A stretch of 29,752 nt of DNA from Limnochordia bacterium (lineage in GTDB: Bacteria; Bacillota; Limnochordia; Darwinibacteriales; B1SED10-159). Position 1 is the first letter of the stretch. Each line of letters starts with the position of its first letter. This document shows positions 1 to 10,825 of the stretch, piece by piece. The stretch spans positions 1 to 29,752 of the forward strand of contig SLOZ01000015.1 in the NCBI GenBank assembly GCA_007132255.1, in the 5' to 3' direction. Both the position numbers and the translations under genes were made by a program. A model generated the notes under the pieces. That model was not told where the DNA came from. It saw only the letters and a program-made list of their open reading frames with translations, and ran no database searches.

Positions 1-1305
1 GAAAGCACCCGCTTCATTGTCAATGGCAAACGCAACGCTTTCTGTGGGATGAACGTTAACCACAGACACGTGAGTCTGGCCGTCCTTCGTCGTGGCTGCC
101 GCATCCAAAGTTGGAAGCGAATAGCCATAGAGCTCCTGGGGTCCAGCGCTGACTTTGACGTTCAACCGGACAGCATCCTGATGAACGTTCATCATCTTGA
201 ACATGTGGTACGAAGGAGTCAATATCATCTTGTCGCCCTCGGTGAGGATCATCGCCTGCAGCACATTGACTGTCTGGGCAATATTGGCCATGCGCACACG
301 TTCAGCATGCTTTTGGAAAATATGCAGATGCAGGGCCACCACAAGAGCATCGCGCACTGTGTTCTCCTGATAAAGCAGACCTTTGGCGCCGGCGTTTTTC
401 GGTGCGAACCAAGTACCCCATTCATCGACCACCAAGTTAACGCGCCGCTGCGGGTCATACGTATCCATGATCGCAGAATGCTTCGTAATCAACTCATCCA
501 TACGGATAGCTTTGATCATGGTTTCGCACCATTCCGCTTCGGTCCAGTGTGTATCGAAGCCTTTGTCGTCCCAAGTGCCTGGGAATGTATAATTGTGCAG
601 ACTCAGACCATCAAAGTGCCCACCGGCATCGCGCATCAGCACTTCCGTCCAGTGGTAGTCATCCACATTGGCCCCACAGGCAATCTTCGCGGTCTTTTCT
701 TCATTGAAGGACATGGCATACAGACTGTAGCGCCGATAGAGCATAGCGTAGTATTCCGGCGTCATATTGCCACCGCAACCCCATGATTCATTGCCGACGC
801 CAAAGTAAGCGATCTGCCAAGGCGTCTTGTGCCCGTTGCTGCGGCGCTGTTCAGCCAAGGTCGAGTCACCAGAGTATGTCATATACTCTAGCCATTGGCT
901 CATTTCGGCAGGTGTTCCGCTGCCCACATTGCCGCAGATATATGGTTTTGCGCCAATGGCCTCGCAAAGCTCCATGAACTCGTGCGTGCCAAAGTGATTC
1001 GTTTCCACAACCTTCTCCCAATGACGGTTAACACGACGAGGTCGCTGTTCTAGGGGGCCAATGCCATCTTCCCAATGGTAATCATCGGCAAAACAACCTC
1101 CCGGCCAGCGCAAAACCGGGATATCCAACTCTCTCAGCGCCTGGAGAACATCACGGCGAATGCCGTTCTCATTGGGAATGGCGGAATCCTTCCCCACCCA
1201 GATGCCATCATAGATGCAGCGGCCAAGATGTTCCACAAACTGTCCGTACTGTTCCTTCGGGATCTTTACTTCTGTCTTCTCCTTGGCAATCTCCAAATGG
1301 ATCAT
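1..1305 (-). CDS. abf2: GH51 alpha-L-arabinofuranosidase, Abf2/AbfB type (3'-partial, runs off the left edge; absent from the ORF track)
   Basis: Manual translation from ATG at 1305 (ATGA overlap with the upstream stop): MIHLEIAKEKTEVKIPKEQYGQFVEHLGRCIYDGIWVG...LRWPGGCFADDYHW...GVGNESWGCGGNM...VDEWGTW. Both catalytic Glu motifs are present (GNE, DEW). No signal peptide. Confidence 0.93.
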   Translation of the reverse strand, partial: MIHLEIAKEKTEVKIPKEQYGQFVEHLGRCIYDGIWVGKDSAIPNENGIRRDVLQALRELDIPVLRWPGGCFADDYHWEDGIGPLEQRPRRVNRHWEKVVETNHFGTHEFMELCEAIGAKPYICGNVGSGTPAEMSQWLEYMTYSGDSTLAEQRRSNGHKTPWQIAYFGVGNESWGCGGNMTPEYYAMLYRRYSLYAMSFNEEKTAKIACGANVDDYHWTEVLMRDAGGHFDGLSLHNYTFPGTWDDKGFDTHWTEAEWCETMIKAIRMDELITKHSAIMDTYDPQRRVNLVVDEWGTWFAPKNAGAKGLLYQENTVRDALVVALHLHIFQKHAERVRMANIAQTVNVLQAMILTEGDKMILTPSYHMFKMMNVHQDAVRLNVKVSAGPQELYGYSLPTLDAAATTKDGQTHVSVVNVHPTESVAFAIDNEAGAF

Positions 1306-3176
1306 TTGCTGGTCACTTCCTTCCTTGGTTCATGGTTTTCTACCACGGGCATGAATACGGCATAGTGCCCGCGCCGCAGACCTTGATTGGCGAATGGCAG
1401 CAGAACAGCTTCGACGTCTTCCGCTGCCGGAAGTTCGGTGTTTGCCTCAGGATTGGCAAACATCGGGGCCTTTGCCCGGCGGCGGGCCGGCAGCCGCAGT
1501 ATCGGCCCTAGGGCGTTTTCAGGCGCTGCTTCCCAGGTCAAAGCCTGTTCCCAGTCCTCACCCAGCTTGAGCTGCACATCCTGAGGATACGCTCCCTGGA
1601 TCCACTCAAATTGGCCGTCATTGTCCTGCCACTTCTGGAAGTAACAGTAGACCAAGGGGCCTTTGGAAAGAGCTGCTTCACCATCACCGTGATGCACACG
1701 CAGCGGAAGCGTGGTTTTGACATGGATTCGGTCTTCGCTAGACCACGTCCGAGTCATGCTAAGATATTCGCCGGCCACTGCACCTGTCACAACCTCACCG
1801 TTTACCGCAACCGCTACGTCCCGCGCAAAGGAAGGAATTCGAAGATGCAACGTGAACTCAACACTGGCATCACACTGGAGCGTCAGATGCAGACTGCCTT
1901 CACTCGGATACTCGGTCTCTTGCTGCAAAACTATATGACTGCCCCGGTGAGTCCAGTTGACGACGGATGGAACCCATTGGTTCACCATCAACCCTTTATC
2001 CATTTCGCTGTAGAATGTGGTGGGAAGACGCGCCAAAATGCGATGGCCCGAGGCATTGCAGCAGTTAGGTCCCGACGGCTCTTGGGCTCGGCCATTCATG
2101 GGCGTCATGTAGCTCCAGTTGCTGCCATCGGCCAGTTGTGCCGCCAAGAGGCTGTTGAACATTGTTCGTTCCATTTCTTCGGCGTATTTGGCCTTACCGG
2201 TCCACTGCAGAGCGTGCTCAAGTAAGAGAATCCAGGTATGCTGAGGGCAAACTTCGATTTCGTTATTCGGGTGATAATAGGGATACTGGACATAACGTTC
2301 TCCAGCACTCATTCCACCGGTCAGAAAGACAAAACGCTCGGCGATGGCATCAACACACCCTAACACTGTTTGACGATACTGCTCTTTACCGGTGGCTTGG
2401 TACATGGCCGCTACCCCGAGCAACGTCATATGCAGCGTGTGAGCATGGATATTCCGCCGTATTTCATGAACGTCCGCCTCGCCTGCGGCAACAGCCTTCA
2501 TGAGTTTATACGATCCGGTATGGGTGCTCATGGGATACTGGTCGCACCAAGTGTCCCAATGCTCCAGGGTCTCTTGACCCCACGTGATGAACTCCTTCTC
2601 AGCGGCTGCTATTCCTAATAATGCCATGGGCTCCAGAATCAAGGTCCCCTCACCACCCGTATGGCCGTTGCCAGGAAAGGGTCCTTTGAGGGCGAACTGG
2701 TGGGGATGAACACCCCATGTCTTGACAATGAATCGCCCGAGACGCACAGCAATTCCGAGGGCTTTTTGTGAGTGCAGGAGTTCATGGCATTTCAAAAGCC
2801 CGTGGAGAACATAATACCATTCATAGAGCTGCATGCCCCGCACCGGTGTCCGCTGAACAACGTTGGTAATTCCGATATAGCCATCAGCTTCTTGTGTTGC
2901 TTCGAGACGGTCCAATACTCCCCTGACATCGTCCTGCAGCTGCTGATCGTCGTTAATCAACGCTGCATACGCTGCAGCTTCCAGCCATTTGCCCAGCTGT
3001 TCACCCATCCAAAACCAATCGGAATAGTCTTTGCGTTCGTGCAGACCGATGAACTCCTCGCGAAAACGATGATTTTTCAACCTCTGGTCAACACTGGCCT
3101 GAAACCGCTGTCCGAAAAAGCCACCCAAGCCGCTCACGGTTTGCGGAGCCGACGACACGGCCATTCGCTTTGGCAC
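1302..3176 (-). CDS. GH127/GH146 (DUF1680) beta-L-arabinofuranosidase-like glycoside hydrolase
   Basis: GKWLEAAAY, HAHT, AGE...EVC and NCCNASG motifs match the Glu/Glu-x-Cys/Cys-Cys Zn-thiol active site of this clan. The ORF is open to 3209; GTG at 3176 is preferred because it lies 7 nt after GGAGG. No signal peptide. Confidence 0.85.
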   Translation of the reverse strand: MPKRMAVSSAPQTVSGLGGFFGQRFQASVDQRLKNHRFREEFIGLHERKDYSDWFWMGEQLGKWLEAAAYAALINDDQQLQDDVRGVLDRLEATQEADGYIGITNVVQRTPVRGMQLYEWYYVLHGLLKCHELLHSQKALGIAVRLGRFIVKTWGVHPHQFALKGPFPGNGHTGGEGTLILEPMALLGIAAAEKEFITWGQETLEHWDTWCDQYPMSTHTGSYKLMKAVAAGEADVHEIRRNIHAHTLHMTLLGVAAMYQATGKEQYRQTVLGCVDAIAERFVFLTGGMSAGERYVQYPYYHPNNEIEVCPQHTWILLLEHALQWTGKAKYAEEMERTMFNSLLAAQLADGSNWSYMTPMNGRAQEPSGPNCCNASGHRILARLPTTFYSEMDKGLMVNQWVPSVVNWTHRGSHIVLQQETEYPSEGSLHLTLQCDASVEFTLHLRIPSFARDVAVAVNGEVVTGAVAGEYLSMTRTWSSEDRIHVKTTLPLRVHHGDGEAALSKGPLVYCYFQKWQDNDGQFEWIQGAYPQDVQLKLGEDWEQALTWEAAPENALGPILRLPARRRAKAPMFANPEANTELPAAEDVEAVLLPFANQGLRRGHYAVFMPVVENHEPRKEVTSK

Positions 3177-3245
3177 GTTCATTCCTCCCTCCATGGAACC
3201 CATCCTCATTCTGAATACCTTGAGCGCTGCCTTGCGTCCTATCTG

Positions 3246-4604
3246 TTAAAAACCTTGCCGCAGCTGTTTTCCCCAAACCGCTTGGCCCCATTGATCCAGG
3301 CCAGTAAACACGATCGTTGGATTCCAGCACTCATGATCCCAGGCCACGGATAGCTTCGCCTGGATCAAGGGCGCTTCGGTGGACTCCAGCATAAGCGTGT
3401 CGCTTCGCAGCTGCCAACGGGCCAGCGGCTGCCCTTCCGAACTCGTCACGGTACCATCGGACCTCCAAATCTCCGTTTGGCTGTGTTCCATACCATGATT
3501 CGATGATCGAAAGCGGATCACATCCCAGATACCAGCCACCGACTCACTGGGAATATTTTGGTCTTGTTCACCGGCATAGCGCTGAGGAGACAGCAGGGGC
3601 CAACCGTCATCGGTCCACAAAACCTTGCGTACATGCAGATAGGACCAATCCTGAAAATTACGCGCTCCTGTTCGGGCATGGTGGGCGATGTAGAAGCTTT
3701 CACCTTCCTGAAGAATGCTGTTGTGCCCTGGACCGATCCAGCCGGCATCATCACCGAAGGCATAGCTTCCCGCTAACTTCGTGCCCACTGCATGTGGGTC
3801 AGGATACTCTATGTCGGTCAGGGCGCGTCCGAGGTAATCCACATACGGACCATTTACCGAACGGGAGCGCCCAACGCGGATATTGTATGTAGAAAAGAGC
3901 GAGTCATACGACAAAAACAAGTAATAATACTGGTACTTAGGATTATAGACAACATAAGGCCCTTCCAGGGCCCGATCCACCGAACGCGGCCGTCTCGCCA
4001 AACAGTTCCCCAATCCAAGTTCAGTACATTTGCCGGTTTGAGGATCCAGCTGTTTGATGTACAACCCACCAAAAAACGATCCATAAACAAGCCACGGTGC
4101 CCCATGAGCATCCCAAACTACATTGGGATCGATGGCATTCGGCCCTTCTGTTCCGGCTTCACTCTTGATAACTTCACCCAAATCCTGCCAAGGACCTTCC
4201 ATGCTCGTCCCGCGCAGGACCCCGATATAGGATTGGGTCTTTCCGAACTGCGAAGCTGCGTAATACAGATAATAGTGCTTGCCGATCTTGGCGGCATCGG
4301 GAGCCCATAGCCCTCTGCAGTTTGTCCACGCTGCGGCTTCTGAGGGAATACCATCCAGTGCCTGGCCGTGCCATCGCCAATGAATCAAATCGTCCGATGT
4401 TCTCACCTGAATCCCCGCCCGAAACGGAACCGACTGTTTTGGCCCTAGCGCGCGATCGGTGGAAAATACGTAGTACGTTCCACCGTCGCTGACCAGAGCT
4501 GGATCATGTGTGTTATTGATCGACCACAGTGAGCTATCGTCCAGATCGGCTCGTTCTCCAACGGGGTAGTGAGGTGGTTCCAGGGGAAACCGCACAGAAT
4601 CCAC
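3246..4604 (-). CDS. GH43 endo-1,5-alpha-L-arabinanase with C-terminal accessory domain, probably intracellular
   Basis: HDP, WAPD, IDP and EGP beta-propeller catalytic motifs, GPGHNS, an extra C-terminal domain of about 100 aa, no signal peptide, and arabinan gene context. Confidence 0.88.
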   Translation of the reverse strand: MDSVRFPLEPPHYPVGERADLDDSSLWSINNTHDPALVSDGGTYYVFSTDRALGPKQSVPFRAGIQVRTSDDLIHWRWHGQALDGIPSEAAAWTNCRGLWAPDAAKIGKHYYLYYAASQFGKTQSYIGVLRGTSMEGPWQDLGEVIKSEAGTEGPNAIDPNVVWDAHGAPWLVYGSFFGGLYIKQLDPQTGKCTELGLGNCLARRPRSVDRALEGPYVVYNPKYQYYYLFLSYDSLFSTYNIRVGRSRSVNGPYVDYLGRALTDIEYPDPHAVGTKLAGSYAFGDDAGWIGPGHNSILQEGESFYIAHHARTGARNFQDWSYLHVRKVLWTDDGWPLLSPQRYAGEQDQNIPSESVAGIWDVIRFRSSNHGMEHSQTEIWRSDGTVTSSEGQPLARWQLRSDTLMLESTEAPLIQAKLSVAWDHECWNPTIVFTGLDQWGQAVWGKQLRQGF

Positions 4605-4625
4605 TTCCTTCCCGCTGTCGATAGT

Positions 4626-6131
<1,506 letters not shown>

Positions 6132-6191
6132 TTACGTCCTCCTAGATTCTTTGTGCCTTCAACAGAACTTCCGGAAAGGTTTACGGTACCT

Positions 6192-6220
6192 ATATTCTTG
6201 GTTTTTTAACAGTTTCCTTC
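6192..6220 (-). promoter_or_regulatory. sigmaH-like promoter candidate for the abfA operon
   Basis: Minus strand GAAGGAAAC-N11-CAAGAATAT (AGGA-N17-GAAT), about 60 nt upstream of abfA; resembles the B. subtilis sigmaH consensus. Confidence 0.5.
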
Positions 6221-6227
6221 TACCGTA

Positions 6228-6239
6228 ACCAATATTCCC
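6228..6239 (-). promoter_or_regulatory. Putative regulator box GGGAATATTGGT (copy 1)
   Basis: Identical 12-mer also at 8583-8594; both lie 7-8 nt upstream of a sigmaH-like -35 element. Confidence 0.45.
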
Positions 6240-6341
6240 TGATGTTTTTCCAACCGAATGTTCAAATTCAACTGACTGCCCTGTGGTTTGCGCAAGGTTG
6301 GTTGTCCCTCTATATCCGTCCTGCAAACGAGCAGCGCGCCA

Positions 6342-6365
6342 AGGGACGGGCCATTGCCCGTCCCT
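6342..6365. other. Stem-loop between the GH42 gene and the abfA promoter
   Basis: Perfect 10-bp inverted repeat AGGGACGGGC-CATT-GCCCGTCCCT. Only two T follow it on the transcribed strand, so it is not a classical intrinsic terminator. Confidence 0.5.
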
Positions 6366-6448
6366 AAAAACACACTCAGCTGCGATGCACTTGTTGCGGC
6401 CGATTTCGTTTAGAAGCTGTTTTTTAGGCTGCTGCCGGTTCGTTCTCT

Positions 6449-8497
6449 TTAAAACGTCGAGGTTCCGTTGTCTGCAAATACCGCCGCCTGCCGTGGCTGC
6501 AGTGTGAAACCACCATCCGCCGACTCTTGACTGACCATCTCTGTGGACCAGCGCTGTTCCAGGGCGACTCGGACTGGGTAGTCATTGTGGTTCAACACGA
6601 ACAAAAAGGACCCTTTCTCCGACTGACGCATTGTGCATTCCACACCAGGCTGCTTCTCACCCAAAGTCTCCAAACCCGCTTCGGCTGCAGCGTGCTTCAC
6701 CCACTGCGCTGCGAATCCAGATTCAACACTGGTCGCGGTATACCAAGCCTGCCCGCTGCCGAACGCATTCCTGGTTACAGCCGGTGTGCCAGCGAACATC
6801 CCATTGTCATAGGACGCCACAGCTTCGGCACCCTCCAAATGTACTCGCTCATACACGGTATGGCCGTGATGACGGCCTTGGATCGATGGCGACGGGTCAC
6901 TGACCGTGAAGGTCACGTGGTCATCAGGAAGCAGCACATTCAGTTCCTCTGCCCAGATACCTAGGACATCCCTGAGTTCACCGGGATAACCCTTGAGGGT
7001 CACACGATCGTTCTCATCCACAACACCGCCCAGGTACGTAGTGAGGAAAATACCGCCACCAGCTACGAACTCACGAATCTTTGCTGCCGTTTCCTCAGAT
7101 ACCATGTACAGCAGAGGTGCCACAAGCACCTTGTACTGTGACCAATCTGCCAGGACGGATGTTACCGCCACCGGGATATTCTGATCATAGAATCCTTTGT
7201 GATAGCGGCGCACTTCCGCGACATAATCGATATCGCTGCTGGGTCCACTGGAATAATCCAGAGCCCACCAGTTCTCCCAATCAAAGATGATCCCGGCCTC
7301 CGCAGGAACTCTGCTGCCCAAAAGCGCATCGCCGAATCCTTCCAGCTGTTTACCAAGCTCTCGACACTCTTCAAATACGCGCGTATGCTCGTGTCCGACA
7401 TGATCAATGACTGCACCATGAAACTTCTCACATCCGGCCTGCGAACGGCGCAGCTGGAAGAACATCGCCGCATCTGATCCATGCGCCACAGCCTGCATAC
7501 TCTGCAGGATCATGCCACCCTGGGGCTTCAGCGTGTTGTATTTCTGCCAATTGGTCTGACTGGGCGTCTGTTCCAAAAGCAAAAACGACTGCCCATCCTT
7601 TAGGCCTCGCATCAGATCATGATTGAAAGCCGTATCCGCCGGATCGGTACCGGCCCTGGGATAGCTATCCCAGGTGATGACGTCAAGCTGCGGTGCCCAG
7701 CGGAAATAATTTAAAGGCTTATACACTTCCATGAAGTTCGTCGTCACTGGGACATCGGGGGTGTGTCTCTTGAGTTCATCGCGTTCTAGTTTGTAGCACT
7801 CTAGAAGGCTATCCGACATGAATCGGCGGTAGTCCAAGGAAAGACCCTGGAAGGCCGTTTGATCCGGATTGTGGGGATCCCCGTGTTCACTGAGCAGATT
7901 GGGCGGCACAATTTCGTCCCAATCATAGAATACATGACTCCAGAAGCTCGTATTCCACACCTCATTAACCCGCTCCAAACTGCCGTAACGGCTGCGGAGC
8001 CAATCGCGAAATGCAGTGGCGCAGCGAGGGCAATAGCATTCGCCACCATACTCATTGCTCACATGCCACAACACCAACCCAGGATAGTCCTTGTAACGCT
8101 GGGCCAACTTACCGGCAATGCCGACGGCAAACTCACGATACGATGGACTGTTCGGACAAAAGTTGTGGCGCATCCCGAACTCCCGCTGCCGACCTGCAAA
8201 ATCCACGCGCAGGACATCCGGGTAGCGTTTCGCCATCCAAGGTGGTACAGCAGCTGTCGCAGTTCCTAAGCAAACTTGTTTTTTGTTTCGCTGCAGCAGA
8301 TCCAACAGATCATCCAGCCAGCCAAACTCCCATTGATCTTCGGCCGGCTGCAGACGCGACCAGGCAAACACGCCCACAGTTGGCGTATTGATATGGGCTA
8401 GTTCAAACAAACGCATGTCCTCATCCCAGACTTCCCGCGGCCATTGCTCTGGATTATAGTCGCCGCCATACAGCATCGTCTTCCAAGGCATTTTCAT
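6449..8497 (-). CDS. GH42 beta-galactosidase
   Basis: YGGDYNPEQW, WHVSNEY (acid/base Glu), CYCPRC Zn motif, LLEQ (nucleophile Glu), EKFHGA and a trimerisation domain; 682 aa. RBS GGGAG. Confidence 0.95.
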   Translation of the reverse strand: MKMPWKTMLYGGDYNPEQWPREVWDEDMRLFELAHINTPTVGVFAWSRLQPAEDQWEFGWLDDLLDLLQRNKKQVCLGTATAAVPPWMAKRYPDVLRVDFAGRQREFGMRHNFCPNSPSYREFAVGIAGKLAQRYKDYPGLVLWHVSNEYGGECYCPRCATAFRDWLRSRYGSLERVNEVWNTSFWSHVFYDWDEIVPPNLLSEHGDPHNPDQTAFQGLSLDYRRFMSDSLLECYKLERDELKRHTPDVPVTTNFMEVYKPLNYFRWAPQLDVITWDSYPRAGTDPADTAFNHDLMRGLKDGQSFLLLEQTPSQTNWQKYNTLKPQGGMILQSMQAVAHGSDAAMFFQLRRSQAGCEKFHGAVIDHVGHEHTRVFEECRELGKQLEGFGDALLGSRVPAEAGIIFDWENWWALDYSSGPSSDIDYVAEVRRYHKGFYDQNIPVAVTSVLADWSQYKVLVAPLLYMVSEETAAKIREFVAGGGIFLTTYLGGVVDENDRVTLKGYPGELRDVLGIWAEELNVLLPDDHVTFTVSDPSPSIQGRHHGHTVYERVHLEGAEAVASYDNGMFAGTPAVTRNAFGSGQAWYTATSVESGFAAQWVKHAAAEAGLETLGEKQPGVECTMRQSEKGSFLFVLNHNDYPVRVALEQRWSTEMVSQESADGGFTLQPRQAAVFADNGTSTF

Positions 8498-8544
8498 CCA
8501 ATCACTCCCAATAAAAATATGAACAGCGTCGCTGTATCCAAGAC

Positions 8545-8574
8545 ATGTTCAAGGATCGGCCTGCTTTTACCTGC
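8545..8574 (-). promoter_or_regulatory. Degenerate sigmaH-like promoter candidate for the GH42 gene
   Basis: Minus strand GCAGGTAAA-N12-CTTGAACAT (AGGT-N18-GAAC), 47 nt upstream of the ATG. Confidence 0.35.
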
Positions 8575-8582
8575 TTCCGCTG

Positions 8583-8594
8583 ACCAATATTCCC
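8583..8594 (-). promoter_or_regulatory. Putative regulator box GGGAATATTGGT (copy 2)
   Basis: Exact match to 6228-6239, in the same position relative to the promoter-like element. Confidence 0.45.
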
Positions 8595-8622
8595 GAAAGA
8601 GAACGGTATCCCGAAAGAGAAC
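8591..8622. repeat. Tandem 14-bp direct repeat
   Basis: TCCCGAAAGAGAAC at 8591-8604 and 8609-8622, separated by GGTA (18-bp period). Confidence 0.85.
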
Positions 8623-8655
8623 AGCCGGCGGTGGGCGCGAAGCATTACGACCATG

Positions 8656-8690
8656 GAAAGGACTCCCCCAAAATCCGGAGGAGTCCTCTC
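8656..8690 (-). terminator. Stem-loop/terminator downstream of the solute-binding protein gene
   Basis: Minus strand GAGAGGACTCCTCC-GGATTTT-GGGGGAGTCCTTTC (14-bp stem with G-U pairs), about 30 nt after the stop codon; weak U tail. Confidence 0.55.
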
Positions 8691-8722
8691 GCAATGATGA
8701 ACACAATGCCCAAAATAGGACC

Positions 8723-10630
8723 TTACCGATCCAGCCAGAACTGCTCCGGGCTGTAGCGCATAGTGTATAACGTGTCCCAAAGCCAGAGACCTGTCTCGGG
8801 TACATTGCGGAGATCGTTGTTCACGATGACCGGCTGCGGAGCTTGCCCCACCGTACCGATAACCCAAAGATTTTCGGCTTGCGAAGCCAAAATCTTGTGA
8901 GCCAGCTCATCGCGCCGTGCTTGATCGGGCTCGGCTAAGACGTCCCGATACCACTGATGCAGCTCTTTAATGTGTTCCGGAGGTTCTTCACCAGAAGCAC
9001 CTTCAGAAGCAAACCAGCTCTCCCACGCCGGCCAAACTGAACGTTCCCAACCGGTGGATATAGGAACAATAAACTCCGGATCACGGGGGAAGTACATGTC
9101 TGTTGCCTTGTCTCCGTGCCACATTGTGGCATCCATCAGATTCGCCGGCGCTCTTTGCGTCTGCAGTTCCCCAGACACGCTGCGGCTGCGAACATCAATG
9201 CCCAATTCGCGCCATTGCTGCGAAACCAACTCAACGTTCGGCGTTTTTGGTGTCTCGATGTCGGCATACTCGATGGTAAACATCAGCCGTTGCCCATCGC
9301 TGCGCAGTCGATAGCCTTCACCATCGCGCTGCGTCAAACCGATTTCATCGAGAAGTTCATTGGCCCGAACAGGATCATACTCAATGTAAGCTTCTGCGTA
9401 TTCAGGACGGAATAGGTTACTTTCATTGATTACGGTATACTGACGGGGTATGGCCTGACCAAAGTAGATCGTGTTGCTGATTTCATCGCGATCGATACCC
9501 AGGGATAGCGCTCGTCGAAAACGCACGTCTTGGAAGATCTCACGCAGTACAGGATCCTGATGGGTTAGGTTCAGTTGGTAGATAACGTCGCTGCCCATCC
9601 CGGTTTCCCACAACAGCGTTGTGAAATTACCTGCCTCTTCGAAGCTACGGTAGAGCGGATAGTTCTGGACATCGGCCATATTGCCGACAAAATCCAGTTG
9701 ACCACTTAAGATCATGCCCTGAACCACTTCCAAATCCCCGGCTATTTCGGTTTCCACACGGTCAATGTATGGCAGCTGGTTGCCTTCCGTGTCCACCTTG
9801 TAATAGTAGGGATTGCGAGTCCAAATGCGACGGTCGCCAGTGGCTGATTCTAGAACATAGGCAGCCAATGTCGGAATGTCATGATTCAAAGGCCATCCCC
9901 AGACATGATCCCAGCGATGAGCACCGTAATACTGGATCCAATTGTCATGGCCAGCAGCCCGGAAACGTTCTTCCAGCTCATCCATGGGAACATAATCCGG
10001 ATGGAAATTGGACAAATAATGCTTGGCAATGAGCATCGACCAAACGCTGTCATGGACCAAGTGCTTGGCAAAGAACGGTTTCGGAGCTACGAAACGGAAC
10101 TCCACCGTGTAAGCATCCAAAGCTTCGACTTCCATCCACTCGCCGTTGGCTGTCCACTGCCGCGGCAGCCAAGACGTGTACTCTTCGTTGCGCAGTTCAC
10201 TCTCGTACCAAAACAGAATATCCTCGGTGGTGAACGGATGTCCATCGGACCAACGCAGACCTTCCCTGAGTTCCAAGGTCCAGACGGTGGCGTCTTCGTT
10301 GGAATAGATGTTCTTGGCCACTTCCGGCTGAATCTCTGTGCCGTCTTCGTTGGACACGAACAGACTTGGGAAACTGGCCACCATGGTGTCATCGCCATAT
10401 CCTGTAGGACTTAACGTTACGGTACGCAGGGTGCCTCCATAACGACCAATGCTTTCAATGGGCTCCACGACGTACACATCCGCAGGCAAACGCTCGTCGA
10501 CGGGTGGGAGTTCTCCACGTTCTACCAAACCATCGAGCATCGGTGACTGGCTGTATTGAGCCGCGCCAGCAGAACTTGCCAAAACAACCACCATCATAAC
10601 AAATAGCATAGTTCGCAACCAAATTCTCAC
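8723..10630 (-). CDS. ABC transporter solute-binding protein, family 5 (Opp/Dpp fold), oligosaccharide-binding type
   Basis: SQSPML...LPPVDERLP, IGRYGGTL, WSDGHPFTTEDILF, RNPYYYKVDTEGNQLPYID and FRRALSLGIDR, typical of sugar-binding family-5 proteins. Sec signal ending ASSAGA with no lipobox Cys. The ORF is open to ATG 10663; GTG at 10630 follows GGAG. Confidence 0.9.
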   Translation of the reverse strand: MRIWLRTMLFVMMVVVLASSAGAAQYSQSPMLDGLVERGELPPVDERLPADVYVVEPIESIGRYGGTLRTVTLSPTGYGDDTMVASFPSLFVSNEDGTEIQPEVAKNIYSNEDATVWTLELREGLRWSDGHPFTTEDILFWYESELRNEEYTSWLPRQWTANGEWMEVEALDAYTVEFRFVAPKPFFAKHLVHDSVWSMLIAKHYLSNFHPDYVPMDELEERFRAAGHDNWIQYYGAHRWDHVWGWPLNHDIPTLAAYVLESATGDRRIWTRNPYYYKVDTEGNQLPYIDRVETEIAGDLEVVQGMILSGQLDFVGNMADVQNYPLYRSFEEAGNFTTLLWETGMGSDVIYQLNLTHQDPVLREIFQDVRFRRALSLGIDRDEISNTIYFGQAIPRQYTVINESNLFRPEYAEAYIEYDPVRANELLDEIGLTQRDGEGYRLRSDGQRLMFTIEYADIETPKTPNVELVSQQWRELGIDVRSRSVSGELQTQRAPANLMDATMWHGDKATDMYFPRDPEFIVPISTGWERSVWPAWESWFASEGASGEEPPEHIKELHQWYRDVLAEPDQARRDELAHKILASQAENLWVIGTVGQAPQPVIVNNDLRNVPETGLWLWDTLYTMRYSPEQFWLDR

Positions 10631-10825
10631 TCGTCTCCACACTCCTTGATGAAATTTTTTCATTTCACACGTGGTTTACTCAATCTCCGTCCCAACTCTT
10701 GCTGCATCACCTCTTTCAAACGATCCGCTACAACCTATCAGCTCGGTCCACTGGTGGTCCTACATCTGTAACCAAATCGACCAACGCCACTGGCTGACGA
10801 CTGTGAAGAAGAAGGACTTCTCGTT

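Noticed and set aside
49-786. 245-aa plus-strand ORF
   Set aside because: It is the codon-aligned antisense shadow of the minus-strand GH51 gene (1-1305), which has clear family motifs.
8591-8622. Possible CRISPR or REP-type repeat
   Set aside because: Only two 14-bp copies with a 4-nt spacer; no array and no cas genes.
8494-8867. Small minus-strand ORFs (103 and 121 aa) between the binding protein and GH42
   Set aside because: They overlap the 3' end of the binding-protein gene, lack an RBS and protein-like composition, and span a hairpin, a repeat and promoter elements.
10660-10707. 15-aa upstream ORF (MQQELGRRLSKPRVK) overlapping the ATG at 10663
   Set aside because: Its ATG directly abuts the GAGGTG Shine-Dalgarno-like sequence, leaving no workable spacing.
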